From: Marsupella aquatica
Taxonomy: Eukaryota; Plantae; Marchantiophyta
NCBI GenBank assembly: GCA_973895155.1
Contig: OZ316895.1
Coordinates: forward strand, 20,784,803-20,848,802
Direction: 5' to 3'
Length of the DNA: 64,000 bases
The position numbers and the translations under genes are program-made. Shown piece after piece: positions 13,650 through 26,012 of the stretch; within the stretch, counting starts at the first letter, position 1; every line of letters starts with the position of its first letter. The notes under the pieces were generated by a model, which saw only the letters and a list, made by a program, of their open reading frames with translations, was not told where the DNA came from and searched no databases.

Positions 13650-13900
13650 AACATTTTTTTTTTAACCTGTCTCACAAACCACCCCATATTACTAACATGT
13701 CCTCATCCAAACAGTTTTTTTACTAACCTGTCTCCCAAAACACCCCATATTACTAACATGCCCTCATCCAAACAGTCTTTTTACTAACCTGTCTCCCAAA
13801 CCACCCCATATTACTAACATGCCCTCATCCAAACAGTTTTTTTACTAACCTGTCTCCCAAACCACCCCATATTACTAGCATGTCCCCAAACAAAATATTA
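13650..13900. repeat. 61-bp tandem repeat, 4 copies, formed from the left end of a foldback element
   Basis: AACCTGTCTC at 13664, 13725, 13786 and 13847. Confidence 0.9.
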
Positions 13901-14323
13901 CTAACATGCTCCCAGACAAACTTAATTATCAATCCATCTCGCATTTTGTACTTGGGTCACTATTAGCTCCTATATGGGTTCCCATTATCACGTAGCAACT
14001 CAGTATTGGCTAACCTTAACCCACTGCCCTTCCCCTTCCCCGCTGCATTTTCCTGAGAAAAAATGAGAGCCGAACGTGTCCGGTTTTGTGAGGGGAGTGT
14101 GTAACTAAAAACTACATATTATTGTCACTCCCGGACTTGCAAGTGTGCCCTGCAACAGGGAAGGGGACTGAGGGGGGTGGCAAGTTAAGGCTAGCCACTA
14201 ATGAGTTGCCATATGGCAAGGGTACATGAATTAATACTGACCCCAACCCAATATGAAATGAGGGACAGGTTGATAATTAATTTTATGTGGGGAAAGAAAT
14301 TTGGGGGATAGGTTAGTAAAAAG
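13838..14323. mobile_element. Foldback / long-TIR non-autonomous DNA element
   Basis: The left ~200 bp (TTTTTACTAACC...TTAATTATCAA...GGGTCA.TATTA...GCAACTCA...TGGCTA.CCTTAAC...CCCCTTCCC) mirrors the reverse complement of ~14157-14323. Confidence 0.7.
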
Positions 14324-16237
14324 TTATTCGTCCAAATGCACTATCCCTCGGAATTCACCTTCTTCAGGATATTCTTCGGAACCTCGACAAAGCGAAGATC
14401 CGCCCCCTCTAAAATGATCTTCTCCTTCCAATATCTTCGCTCCCACGTTAATTCGAACAGAGGACGCAACAGTGCATTCTTCTCGTCTCGGATTGGTGTC
14501 ATCTCTCAGCAAAAGGCTTCGGATTCGACAACAGAATGTCAGAAATTGGAATGTGCTGCTAGTCCAGGCCGAGAATTCCGCATGACAGCGGATCCCGACG
14601 ACGGTTTGTGGTTGGTGAGCCCTAAACCACTGGAAAGTACTCTCCTCATTTCTTCTGTTTTTCTAATCGGGAGACAACAACGTGGGACCACAGCACCTCC
14701 ACGGCAGCGCAGTACTACCGCCTGCGGAGCATTCCTCTCGGCGAAAGAACGGATTTGACAGACAGCAAACTGCTCCGCATTCCTGATTTTTGTTTGACAC
14801 GAAATTCACGTTTTGTGCAGATGGCTATTGCTGCTGTTGACAGTGTTTTGGTTGATAAGGTTGCAGAATGTTGTGTCCTGTCGTGGCGCTGGCAGCAAAG
14901 AGCGATAGAAAGTGAGAGTGAGAGAGAGAGACTTGAACTGCAGGTTTTGTGTGCGAGAAGATATCGATAGCCATGCTTGTTTTACTGATAAGTGAACAAA
15001 AGCCGCTGAATACAGAGACGTAGGCGCAGACGGTCAGAGTGTCCGTGGCGAAAATCAATTCTACGCATGTGTTTTTCGGTCAGTCTGTGCCGATTGATAC
15101 TGTTTGACTGAGTGATAGAGAAGGCCACGAAAAGTTTTTTCGCTTGGCATTCGAAACGGCTCTGGACTGACCGACTGGGCCGCCACTGACCTGTACACTT
15201 TACAGACGTCGTTGGTGAGGTGATTGCTAATGCTGTTTTTTAGCTGTATAGCCCGAATGTACACGCTGACGAAGGTTCTAGATGGTGTGCGCGTAGTACC
15301 TCACCGCAATTCTGTTGCTCTTCATCTCTGCTTCGGAGATTCCTTCCCACTCGCCTGGGTCCTACATACCTTGGGTTTCTTCACCTCAGTCTGTGTAGCT
15401 CATCGGGACAGCGTCGATCAATTGGCCGTACAGGTGTGGGAACGGGTATGCAAATCTGATCCAGATCGATCTTCATCACTCTAAGCGGTGACATAGCCTT
15501 GCTGGCCTACGTGTTCTTCGAGTCTCTGTCGATATGAACGCGCAATCGACCGAAGCACACGATGGAGAAAGTGTAGATAATCTCTGGCAAGGAAAAGGGT
15601 AGAGGCCCGTTCGTCAGTGCAGCACCTAGCTTCTGCTCTTCGCTTACACGCAGACACTGGAAGCTTCTCTGGACGCAGACAGCAAAGTAGCGATGAATTC
15701 CCTCTTGTAGAAGTTAAAGCTCTCTTCGAAGCTTTCCGGAAGGGCTAGTGGCGAAAATATACTCACCATGAGAATGTAGAAGGTGACGAACGATGCTGTA
15801 GACCTTCGGTGATGCAATTTGATTCGTGAATTGATTTTCCTAGTTACGTCCTGGTTCTCTGTTCTGTCGTGTGTACGCAATACTTCATGCTCTTTGGAGT
15901 CCTTGGACGTCTAAAGCAAGTACGGAGTAGAATGTTATGTGCCTTTGTTTTTGGCTTTCGGCGGTCTCTTTTTTCACGCGAACAATGTCGTGTCTCGGCA
16001 GGTTGTTCTTTCTCAGCCGGTCGAGGTCCTTTCTCGAACTTTTAAGGAGTGAGGCTGGAGGAACTGACGCCTCGGCCACTTTTCTCTCATCTCGCTTGCC
16101 ATTAAATTCGCTGATTTGTGGAATGTTCGAGTTCCAGTCAAGGTATTGAGGGCTTCAGGTTGACACATACAAAAGTAAATGCCCCTTGCGGCAATAGCCG
16201 TAGAAGCGACGCAAGACAACCAAATTTCCGCTTCGCG

Positions 16238-17242
16238 ATGTTACTGCAAAGTCCTCCGTCTCGACATTCTCTGCGACGGAAGAGCGGCAGGAAAACAGCA
16301 GAGGATGAGACTGAGCCTACTGTCAGCGCAACGGACATTCCCTCGACTGTGACGAAGGAGAGTGTGATGGCCGTCATCGACAAGCTGCAGTCAGACAACA
16401 CCGAGGACATTAAACGATCTGTGATCGAGGTAAGGCTTCTCTCCAAGTGGGACATGGAAAACAGGGTTTTGATCGGCGAGGCCGGAGGGATACCAGTACT
16501 TGTGTCGTTGATCACCTCACCGGACTCCAAAATCCAGGAGAGCGCCGTGACAGCTCTTCTGAACCTTTCGATCTATCCTGCCAATCGAACCGCAATTCTG
16601 GACACGAGAGGAACTCTCGAGTCCATCACGGAGGTATTGAGAGCAGGGCAGACATCGGAGTCGAAGGAGAATTGTGCCGCTCTTCTCTCAAGTGTATTGA
16701 TAGTCGAAGAGCACAGAGATGAGTTTGGGAAAGACACTGCTCTTCTCGATGCTCTGCGCGATCTTCTGAACACCGGACGAGTCCAGGGAAAGAAGGACGC
16801 TATCAGAGCTATTTTCCATCTGGCCTTGTGGCCGGACAACAGGAGCAGACTTGCGAATGCGGGCATTCTCTCGATCTTGAAGAGGTTTATGGCGAGTCCC
16901 CGAGCCGGATTAATTGAGGACACGTTGTCTGTTTCAGCGAAAGTCGCGATGTGTAGGGAAGGCATGGACGAACTCAGCGATGGGGGAACAATTTCTTTGA
17001 TTGTAGATTACCTCCAGCATGGATCTCGCTTGGCGAGAGAAAACGCCGCTGCCCTGCTTCTCGCCCTGTGTCAGACAGGTGGACCGGATGTTGAAGCCGA
17101 AGTGCGGAAACATCAGGAGGCTGTTGTTAGCAGCTTGTGTACATTGCGAGCAGTCGGGTCCCCACGGGCAAAGGCCAAGGCCAGCGACCTCATGAAGGTG
17201 GTAATGGTCAGCGAACCCGTCTCATTCGCGTGCAGTGAGTGA
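16238..17242 (+). CDS. Armadillo-repeat protein, PUB-like ARM array with no U-box, intronless, 334 aa
   Basis: EVRLLSKWDMENRVLIGEAGGIPVLVSL...QESAVTALLNLSI, KENCAALL, GKKDAIRAIFHL, ARENAAALLLALC and GSPRAKAKA match the ARM repeats of plant U-box proteins. First in-frame ATG is at 16238. Confidence 0.9.
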   Translation: MLLQSPPSRHSLRRKSGRKTAEDETEPTVSATDIPSTVTKESVMAVIDKLQSDNTEDIKRSVIEVRLLSKWDMENRVLIGEAGGIPVLVSLITSPDSKIQESAVTALLNLSIYPANRTAILDTRGTLESITEVLRAGQTSESKENCAALLSSVLIVEEHRDEFGKDTALLDALRDLLNTGRVQGKKDAIRAIFHLALWPDNRSRLANAGILSILKRFMASPRAGLIEDTLSVSAKVAMCREGMDELSDGGTISLIVDYLQHGSRLARENAAALLLALCQTGGPDVEAEVRKHQEAVVSSLCTLRAVGSPRAKAKASDLMKVVMVSEPVSFACSE

Positions 17243-18866
17243 GTGAGTGAGTGATAGACGGAACATGTGCTGGATGGGGGGCTGCGGGCCGGCTTTCTTC
17301 TCCGGAAGGTTTTACAAACCCGGCCAGTAAGCCACATTTCACCGCGGAAGAATCTTAAAACTGGAGCGAGGAAATCATCAGCGCTGCAAGTATTCGAGCC
17401 GTCTGTTCGAGGTGGCAGGAGGATCGCAAGACTCAAATCGAATTTGCTTCCTAGGTGAGTATGGCCAAATTAGCGATCGAAATCCTTATGTTTGTACCAT
17501 TTGGACCTCACACCTGGCGTGGGAGAATCTTTAGAATTCAACCAGCGCAGCCCATGGTCGACTAATAGCGCGTCAGAAAAAAGGTTATAATTTTAGGGTT
17601 ATTTCCCTAAGATGAATAAGTAGTTTCTATTTCTGATCTAACGCGGGTGGCCATTGAAATTGCAGGTAAATCTATCACGATAGGAGAGGATTAAGCATTC
17701 AATGTTGACAAGCAGTACTGTCGAGCCAATCATGAAGACCCTCGAGATGAATTAAGACGATGCGTGTGCGTTCTATGATGGTGGTCTTCTTATTCTTGGA
17801 TGCTATTGGATAGCCAGGTAGAAGCCAAGGACTTACCTCGCGCAATTCATGTCGTCTGGAGAGCCAAATGTAATCGGCCTTCGGAGAGCGTCTTTCCTTC
17901 AAGCTGTTGTTTCAGGTAGCTCCAGTATTCCTCATCGTTTGATGGCGATGCAAAGAGGTTGGAAAGAGGTATGTCGAACCGCCATGCGCCAAGGAATTAT
18001 TCAACCTGGCAAGAGTTTCACGACGGTGTCACCAAGTTGAAATCGTACCTCCAGGACATTTGAGATTGATTGATTGAGATTGAGCGAATCGGACCAAGGA
18101 AACAACGGTTGCAAGTGTCAGTAGTCGCAGATTGGGCAATATGGTCCAGTGGAGGAGATACACCAGAGAGCAAATCTAGAACAGCAATCCCCACGAGCTG
18201 TCTATGGAATCAAGACAGTAGTGATTGATTCACAGCTCTAACTTGGGGGGTGAAAGTTCGAGCTATGTTTAGCATCCGCATGAAAACAGAAGTAGTATAC
18301 TTCAATTTCTCAACGATGTACAGAAATTCCTTTATCGATCTGTCTCAATAGCCAAGTTACGTGGATATCGATGTCGACATTAGCGGGAGGTTTATGCTTC
18401 GAGCGAAGGGATAGACGGAAGGTTCAATGGTGGTCTTTGGACTCGTGGTGGGAAGAATTTGCACTTTCAATGAAATGGAAGCGACTATAAGATGTAAAAG
18501 TACTTCTTGACAGAAAGTCTGTTCCTGCGCTTGATCGAGAAATTAATTCGATCCTCCTACCGCCTGATACGTCTATCTGGTCCGAAGCGCCTTTTTACAT
18601 GTTCTGACATTTTTCGGGTGAAAACGTTCTCGATCAGCTGTATACTCTTCTGAGCTTCACATTTGTTCCTATGGAAGATTCACTCGCGGGTCTGCTCTTT
18701 AAGTTGTCTACATCGATGGTCCAACTTTGGCCAATTCCACGTTGTCGAATTCCTTCTGTCCTCGAAAATGAGACACCGTCTATATCATGATAGTTCTTAA
18801 ATGGATCAATCTCGAAAGCCCAAGAGATCGACTCGCCAGTCTGCCTGCTATCCCAACTGAAGGTGA

Positions 18867-18950
18867 TGCGGATTTTTCGCGTCTTCCTCCAGTCATTTAT
18901 CTGAACTCTTTGGTTCGGTGAAGACTGGAGGAAGATGCGAAAAATCCGTG
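18867..18950 (+). ncRNA. Candidate pre-miRNA hairpin
   Basis: CGGATTTTTCGCGTCTTCCTCCAGTC pairs with GACTGGAGGAAGATGCGAAAAATCCG (26 bp, one G:U); pairing continues to a ~6-nt loop. Confidence 0.5.
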
Positions 18951-20622
18951 AACGTCAATTCGAACGAAATGAAGTTCTAGTGTCGAGCTTTCAGGTGGGT
19001 AGAGAAAGTCTAGCAACGCGGCTTTCGGCTAATTGACAAAGTTTCACACATATGCAGGGTGCGTTCCTCAGCATTAGTCTCCTCTCAGCTGGGCTAGATT
19101 GTAATCCTCTTCCTGAAGCTCTCTCAAGCAACTCCATCAGTTGAGGCAAACATGAATTTTAGTACTATGGCTTGTCGATCGTACCGAAGTGCAGTTATAC
19201 TTGGAGAGGTGGAGACTCTCACGTACATCAATTGAAGCAGACATGATTTTAAACACAAAAAGCTTGTTGATCGTACCGACTTGCTGCAAGACTTGGAGAG
19301 GAGACTCCCGTACATGAACAGTCATGGTCCTGTAGCACTCTTCCGCGTCGGACTCTTTCGCATCTGTAGGCATCCCCTCAGACCTCAAAATCAAGCAATG
19401 CTTTGACCAAACTAAGTAAAAAATGAAATCGTATAGACAGGTTTTTATAATTTGACATTTTAGACGTTGAGAACCACGGCTGCATTGAAATGGTACAGTA
19501 AGCGCTGGCTGAGCCGGGAATCATTGAAAATGCTGTCGATTGAAGCGACGCTAGCTTTTATCGGGGTTAAGATCTTCAACATGAACCGAATGTTCTGCAA
19601 AGATCGAGTCCCTTCTCTCGATTTAATGCGAGGTTAGGAAGGAAGAATGGTCCGGTCTGATAAGAATATTAGCAAAAGTGAAGTTACATCCGAGTGAGGG
19701 ATGCAAATCGAACCGCCATCATTACAAAAAGTAATTTGTCTATGAATATCCTGGACAGACTCGATCACAAAGACGATTTCGCTAAGGAGGATGAATTCGA
19801 TAAGAGCTCGTTTTGGTCAGACGCTACCAGACTTGTATATTCTTTTACAGTACCAATGCAATAATAATAGTTTGTCAGGTGAAGGGCTCATCGATTTATT
19901 ACAAGAAGCATGTTTTCCAGGCCAGTGCTCTGGATCCACAGTAGGTCCTAGGATGCATCTTACTGAAGTATCGGATATCCTCACGTAAAATGTTGACTCT
20001 ACTACAACATTTCCTGAGTGAACCGGTTACATTGCATAATGCAGGGGCCACCCTTCACGCGTAATCAGAATGATTGATTTAGCTTGCCAACTTACCGTTA
20101 CTGACAGTTCGATATTGATCCTCGTCAAGCGATTGAGTTTTGAACAAGAAAACTGATGATCGACAATCCAGCTTGTTGAAATTTCTGGCTCGCAGTCCAT
20201 CCAATTTACATCACCTACAGTGCATTGTGAAATATCGTACAGCAGAAAATATGTCGATTAGTTCACCATACATCTCGTAGAGATCCGACATCGGGATCTT
20301 TTCTCTAGTTGGTAACCTGTTCTCTGAGCCTACATTCAGTAATGTCTGACTTACTTCTCTTCGACGATATTTTACAATTATGCTTCTATGGCCCATTTGG
20401 ATCCCCGTGGACTTTAAACTTATTCATACATGCATTTATTTTACTTTATTCATTCTACCTCATAAGGGGAAAGTAATCTACTTATGGGACGAAGTCGACG
20501 AAAGCCATCAAAGCATGTCATCAGGGCCAAGAAAAGAGTTCAAAGAGCAGATTGCAACGCCAGAAGTTCTTGTTCTGACGGATGGTGAGGGTACGTACCA
20601 TTATTGCTCTCTCTAACTCTCA

Positions 20623-21762
20623 ATGACGAATTATGGCGAGGGGCAATATGGTCCCATTAGAAACTGGAATCGAGGATTCCTCGTGAGCCATGGAGGAATG
20701 GGAAAGATGTTCATCGGGAAAAACGCCGATAACGGGCAGCTCTTCGTCGTCAAATCCGTCGCAAGCGAGCCGGTCTGGTCCAAACAGCTCGCAGCATTAC
20801 AGAACGAGGAGCGAATTCTCAGAAAGCTCTCCAAACTGAGGTGTCCCAACATATTCCGCACGGTGGGAAACGCGACCTCCGAGTCCGTGGCCGAAATGGG
20901 GGGCAAGCCCACAATGGATCTCTTCCTGGAGTTTTCTCTACCGGGAGAGAACATCACCGAAATAGTAAAGCGCACGGGGAAACTGAAGGAGTCCGTCGCG
21001 AAGGTTTATACATTCCAAGTCCTTCAAACTCTCGCTTGCATGCATCGGAATGGAATAGTCCACCGTGACATCAGAGGAGTGAACATCATCGTCCGTGAAA
21101 GGGTTGCGAAATTGGTCGGCTTCGGCCACGCGAAGGACATCCGCACTTGCTTGACAAAACAGTGCTCTTGGTCAGGACTAGAAAAGTCCACCGAGAAGCA
21201 TGCGCTCACCTGTTCTCATTCTGAAATCCAAGAGGACATCTCTGCATTGGGGATGGTTGTGTGTGAGATGGTCATCGGGCGTCGCCCAAAATTCAAATTG
21301 GAGTCTTCATTGCCAATAGACAAGGCGATCCTATCTCTGAAGGAGAATTTCGTGAGGAATAATATGTTAAATTGCCTGAGTTTCATCCAGAGCTGTCTCA
21401 TCGGTGATGATGTCGTTGAAGGCAAGGCCTTGGGGACAGGTCATTGGACAGCTGACAGGCTCCTCACCCATCCGTGGATTGTGAGTATGAAGCCCTTTTC
21501 TTCTTCTGATTTGCCGTCGTGTGATGAAGCTGCAACGGGCTCGCTAACTTCTCGGGCCAATCCAGCACTTTTTTTAAAGACCGATGCCATCACCCAAACC
21601 GCTACTTCTCCACGCTTCCCGTCACTAAAAAAATGTGCAGGCAAGCTGTGCTGCCGAACAATGGATACGGACAATGTGATTCCTCCCTTGAGCTCCAGAT
21701 CGATGAACAGTGAACATAGAGCTCGAAAGGGGGGAAGAATCTCGAGAATACTGACATTGTAA
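20623..21762 (+). CDS. MAP3K (MEKK/NPK1-like) kinase-domain protein, probable pseudokinase, intronless, 379 aa
   Basis: W.RG..., FVVKSV, LQNEERIL, FLEF, YTFQVLQTLACMHRNGIVHRDIRGVNII, AKLVGFG, DISALGMVVCEM, WTADRLLTHPW. Confidence 0.85.
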   Translation: MTNYGEGQYGPIRNWNRGFLVSHGGMGKMFIGKNADNGQLFVVKSVASEPVWSKQLAALQNEERILRKLSKLRCPNIFRTVGNATSESVAEMGGKPTMDLFLEFSLPGENITEIVKRTGKLKESVAKVYTFQVLQTLACMHRNGIVHRDIRGVNIIVRERVAKLVGFGHAKDIRTCLTKQCSWSGLEKSTEKHALTCSHSEIQEDISALGMVVCEMVIGRRPKFKLESSLPIDKAILSLKENFVRNNMLNCLSFIQSCLIGDDVVEGKALGTGHWTADRLLTHPWIVSMKPFSSSDLPSCDEAATGSLTSRANPALFLKTDAITQTATSPRFPSLKKCAGKLCCRTMDTDNVIPPLSSRSMNSEHRARKGGRISRILTL

Positions 21763-23438
21763 GGATTGGATGAATTGTTCCGAGGGTCGAGCCTTTCATG
21801 GCAACCATCCGTTTTAGCATTCCCGTTCGAGTATTATGACTTCTGTGGTCAGAGCAAATTAATTTCTACATGTGCATTTTCTCTCGATCTGAGTTGTCTT
21901 ACTTTTTGAGTCTGCAGCTCCTGGAATCCAATGAGGGCCGAAGGGACAGAAAATACAGGCAGGCAAGACTGGTATGCTTGCCAAATGAAAGAGACGGAGA
22001 GATATAAAAAGTAAGCGAAACGTACATGTAACACCAGTAACGAAAGAAATCGAGGAACAACAGTGAAGGAGAAAGACATCTAACGATACAGTGACTATCA
22101 ATATATCGCTGTTGGGACACAAACTCCAGGTCCTTCGTCACCAGCTACTCGAGTCCCGACTCCAGTCTCCGACTACAAAAGTTTTGCTCGGACGAGGTTC
22201 ATCGCCGTCCTTCCACATCGGGCTTGCTGGCTTTAATTACCTGTAGATGTGCACGTAAACATAAATTAGAGCACTGCGGTTTTCAAGTTTTGATCCCGAA
22301 CAGAAGATTGCAACTTAGTAAGGTAGCAGTCCTTTCAAAAGCGACACCAGTCGTTCTGCTCTGTGATTCAGAAGGGGACAAAACATTTATGATTTCGTAG
22401 TGAAAGCTTGGCGGAAGCTCTCGCTTACTTGCGCTCCTTTCTTGGCGGAACTTCTGGCTTTCTTAGCCCTGCAAATGCTGGCAATTTCCTCCTGCCGACG
22501 AAAACCAATCTAAATCTTATGAACCTGGAATCAAATCTCATTTATGGATGACCAATTCATCCTCTCGTGAATCAGAATCTTGACTGCCATGTGGCACTGG
22601 AACTGCCATTATGAGATACGACGACGTCCTGTCTTGCCGTTGTGCGTGGTTGCCGTAAGCGTGGTGTTGTTCTTCAACACTGACACAATCCATGATGCTT
22701 TAGTCATTTCTGCGCGTCTGTACAAACTATGGAGAAATCCGAAGCTCTGGATACTATCCTTGTGCACTACGGCAAGGACAGCACAGCATGAGCAACTCTG
22801 GTATAGTCGAAGCGGAATTGATAACAGATAAGGCACGGTTAGAGAGAAGGGACCTGTGTAAACATTTGCAACGCAATATTAGTAAAGCCCTGCAACATTG
22901 GATCTGTGGTGAAACTCTTGCAAGAGGAGACATAATTAGTGAATCTGCATTCTGTGCTGTCGTCGATTCAGGTCATGGCATTAGTTTCCCGATCTTCTAA
23001 GGTTTCACAGAGCGCTTCCAATCATGGAGGCTCCAGAAGCGGCGAACCAAGCTACTCGGACATATAAGGCAAATAAAGCCATATTGGCGAATTGATCCTA
23101 CAGAGCAAATGAGGTCCGAAGACACACAAACGAACGATCCCAACTTCCATCTCTGTCAAGCAAGGCGCGTGTTGCAAAAGAACTATGAGCAGGATGCAGG
23201 AAAAGCGAGCCACTCACAGTCCGGTCCGAAAAGTTCCAGTCTGGACTGGAAGCACATCGGCAGAAAGGCAAACTCCATCAACCAGCCGAGAACTGAGAGA
23301 ACTGAGAGAAATATGGGAGCACGACTGGAAAGCTGTTGTAGACGAAAGCAGCATTGCAGAGGAGCTAGCAGAACGCGGCTCGTATCTGGACTAGACAACA
23401 TTCACATCACTAGCAGTGTGGCTTCTCGACGGTCTGAC

Positions 23439-23580
23439 CTCGCAATTCAGGAAACTGACTTTTTCTCAAAATAGAGGAGATTAGATCTTGCAACTCAGGA
23501 AACTGACTTTTTCTCAAAATAGAGGAGACTAGATCTCGCAACTCAGGAAACTGACTTTTTATCAAAATAGAGAAGACTAC
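23439..23580. repeat. 48-bp tandem repeat, 3 copies
   Basis: GCAA(T/C)TCAGGAAACTGACTTTT...CAAAATAGAG at 23442, 23490 and 23538. Confidence 0.9.
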
Positions 23581-23773
23581 ATCATTTCGCTCAGGAGGCG
23601 GACATTTACCAGGTTGCTCATCAGATACCAAGTACTCATTACAGTGGTGGCCACAAATGAAGTGGAGCCGTCGAATTTTTGAAGAGAATTGCGGAAGATG
23701 TGGAGGTAAAGGGACCATTCCGCTTGAAGAAGTACTCCGTAGGACAAAGGGCCACTACATCATACAGCAGTGT

Positions 23774-25025
23774 TGTCACGAAATCTAGCACGCTCATGCC
23801 ACACCCGACCAGTCAACCTCAGATGTTCAAGGCGTTTTAAAGCACCAGAGGAACCGTCCAGTTCTGATATCCGCGGGGCAGAAGTGTTTTGCATGCCACA
23901 AGCAAGCCTTGCATCGGTGGTAGGTAGAAAGGTTTATAAGCATGGCCTCTTTGTTTCATTTGCGTACAACGCTAGTGACGTTCTCTTCTATAAACCCGCA
24001 ACACGGTTTTGTACAGTATAAAAGATCATCAAATAGTACGAGGAACACTGAAATGACAGAGATCGAACTAACAAAGTTTCCAAATGAAGTGCAGCGCATA
24101 TCAATAACCATTTGCTTCACTTCATGTGGTCATGGCTTCAATGTATCCATCAATGATCGACAAGAGTCTCACAATTGGCCATCTCGCGGTACATGTCACC
24201 TACGATTGTCATTGCACTAAGGACAGACCAAGAGATCATCAAAGCCGTGACCAATGTCGAGAGATCATCTTCCATTGTAGTCTTGCACCACTTATTCAAT
24301 TGATGACACAACGATGAAACTCTTGTAGACATTGAAGCCATGACCAAATGTGGACAATCTTGCATTCACGCCCTTGCACTAAGTAGCCATCATTCCTAGA
24401 CAAGCTTGTCCAATACATGTCGATCACTTGGATCATCTTTCGTTTTTCCAAAGACAAGCAGATCATCTCAATTTATTCGGACATGACAACCATTTGCATT
24501 CAAGAGCTTCCATCGCTGTCGATCATCTGCAGTCGTTAGAATTGAACCATCGACCATCCAGTCTCACTTCAAAAACACGGTAACAGACTCACCGTACTCA
24601 TCTGGCATTCAGACTCTTCCATCATCTGTATTCGAGCTCTTCCAATTCCCGTCGATCATCACCATTTCAGTTCTTGCATATACTAGCAGATCACGTAAAT
24701 TCATTTACACCATCTGCAATCAAGTTCTTGAGGGTAGGTGAGTCCAATGAGGGTTGCTGACCATAAACCCTCCTTGTGAGTCTTCAAAACACTATGTAAT
24801 TCTTGTCAGGAAGAAAGATTGGTAACCTTTTTTACTAGGTGTCACCATTTCCATAACCCTGTGCAAAGAATGTATTGCCCGGTAATTCTTTTCTGGGCAA
24901 GTATTACACTATGTAATTCTTGTCAGGAAGAAAGATTGTCGGTGTGTAACCTTTTTTACTAGGTGCCACCATTTGCATAACCCTGTGCCCAGAAAGTATC
25001 GCCCGGTGATTTTTTCCGGTATTAT
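23774..25025 (+). mobile_element. Possible solo LTR remnant (Gypsy-like) with a duplicated 3' end
   Basis: Starts TGTCACG, has internal TATA-like motifs, ends GTATTACA at 24908; the last ~115 bp are repeated right after. No target-site duplication seen. Confidence 0.4.
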
Positions 25026-26012
25026 GTATGATAATGACTCTTTGGGCTGGGGTTAGTGTCTGAAACCTGTTCCCACAAAGCTCAGAAAAAATTCCCGGAT
25101 GCCACCGATCAGCATTTCCTCACTTTCTAGTCACAGGGTTACAAACTAGTAACCCCAGACCATACCAACCCCAGACCATACCATCAGTACCCTATACATT
25201 TGGGGGGACTTCAAGCTTGATCCATGCCACTAACACAGATTCAAATCATTGAAACTTGGAAACCTAGGCTGGCTAGGAGGTTCTTGATGAAAAAACTAAC
25301 TAGTAAGTATGGTTTTGAGTTGCCAGGAACTCTGGAGTGGGATTGGCATAGTCCCCCAGTCTCTCAAAATCTAGGAGCCCCTTGTGAGTATTCAAGTCCT
25401 TTGTCTATCTAAACACTCTAATAGGTCATCCTGCTCTTTCTTTCTCATGGTCTGTTTATTGAATGTCATTATGACGAGAAATCTCCCTGGCCATTGGGTT
25501 ATGATCCCATTCTTTCATAACCATGAGATGGACCTCATAGCTCACACTCCTATCCAGTTGTCAGGCCCACTTCCTGACTCCCCTCAATGTGACTGCCGTG
25601 CGATCTCACCTATGCACCCATTTGCAACTCCTCACAGTGTTTGACTGCCTTGCCATCTCTCATATACAAGACGACACTTCCATTCAACATCACTTACTGT
25701 CAAAAGCATTGTGCAAAGGAGCATTCATTGGGTTCATCTATATTATAATTTGGAAGATTCACAAGGAGGGTTTAGAGAGAACAATGTTCTAGGTTTACAG
25801 AATGAGAAGTTGTGAATGTCCTGAACAAACCAAGACACCTACCTTGATCCATTATGGCAAAAAAAAAAATCTAACATTTAACAAAAGTAATAGATCTAAC
25901 ATTTAGCAAAACTCATGTAAGGCTGTAGGCCTCCTAAGCCCTGCAATGAAGGCATTGTCCCCAGAATAGTACCATAGTTGGGCTCTTAATCAGGATTGCA
26001 ATGGGGGCATTA

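Noticed and set aside
17849-18040. QGIIQPGKS resembling a Gypsy reverse transcriptase N-terminus
   Set aside because: Too short; no further RT motifs follow
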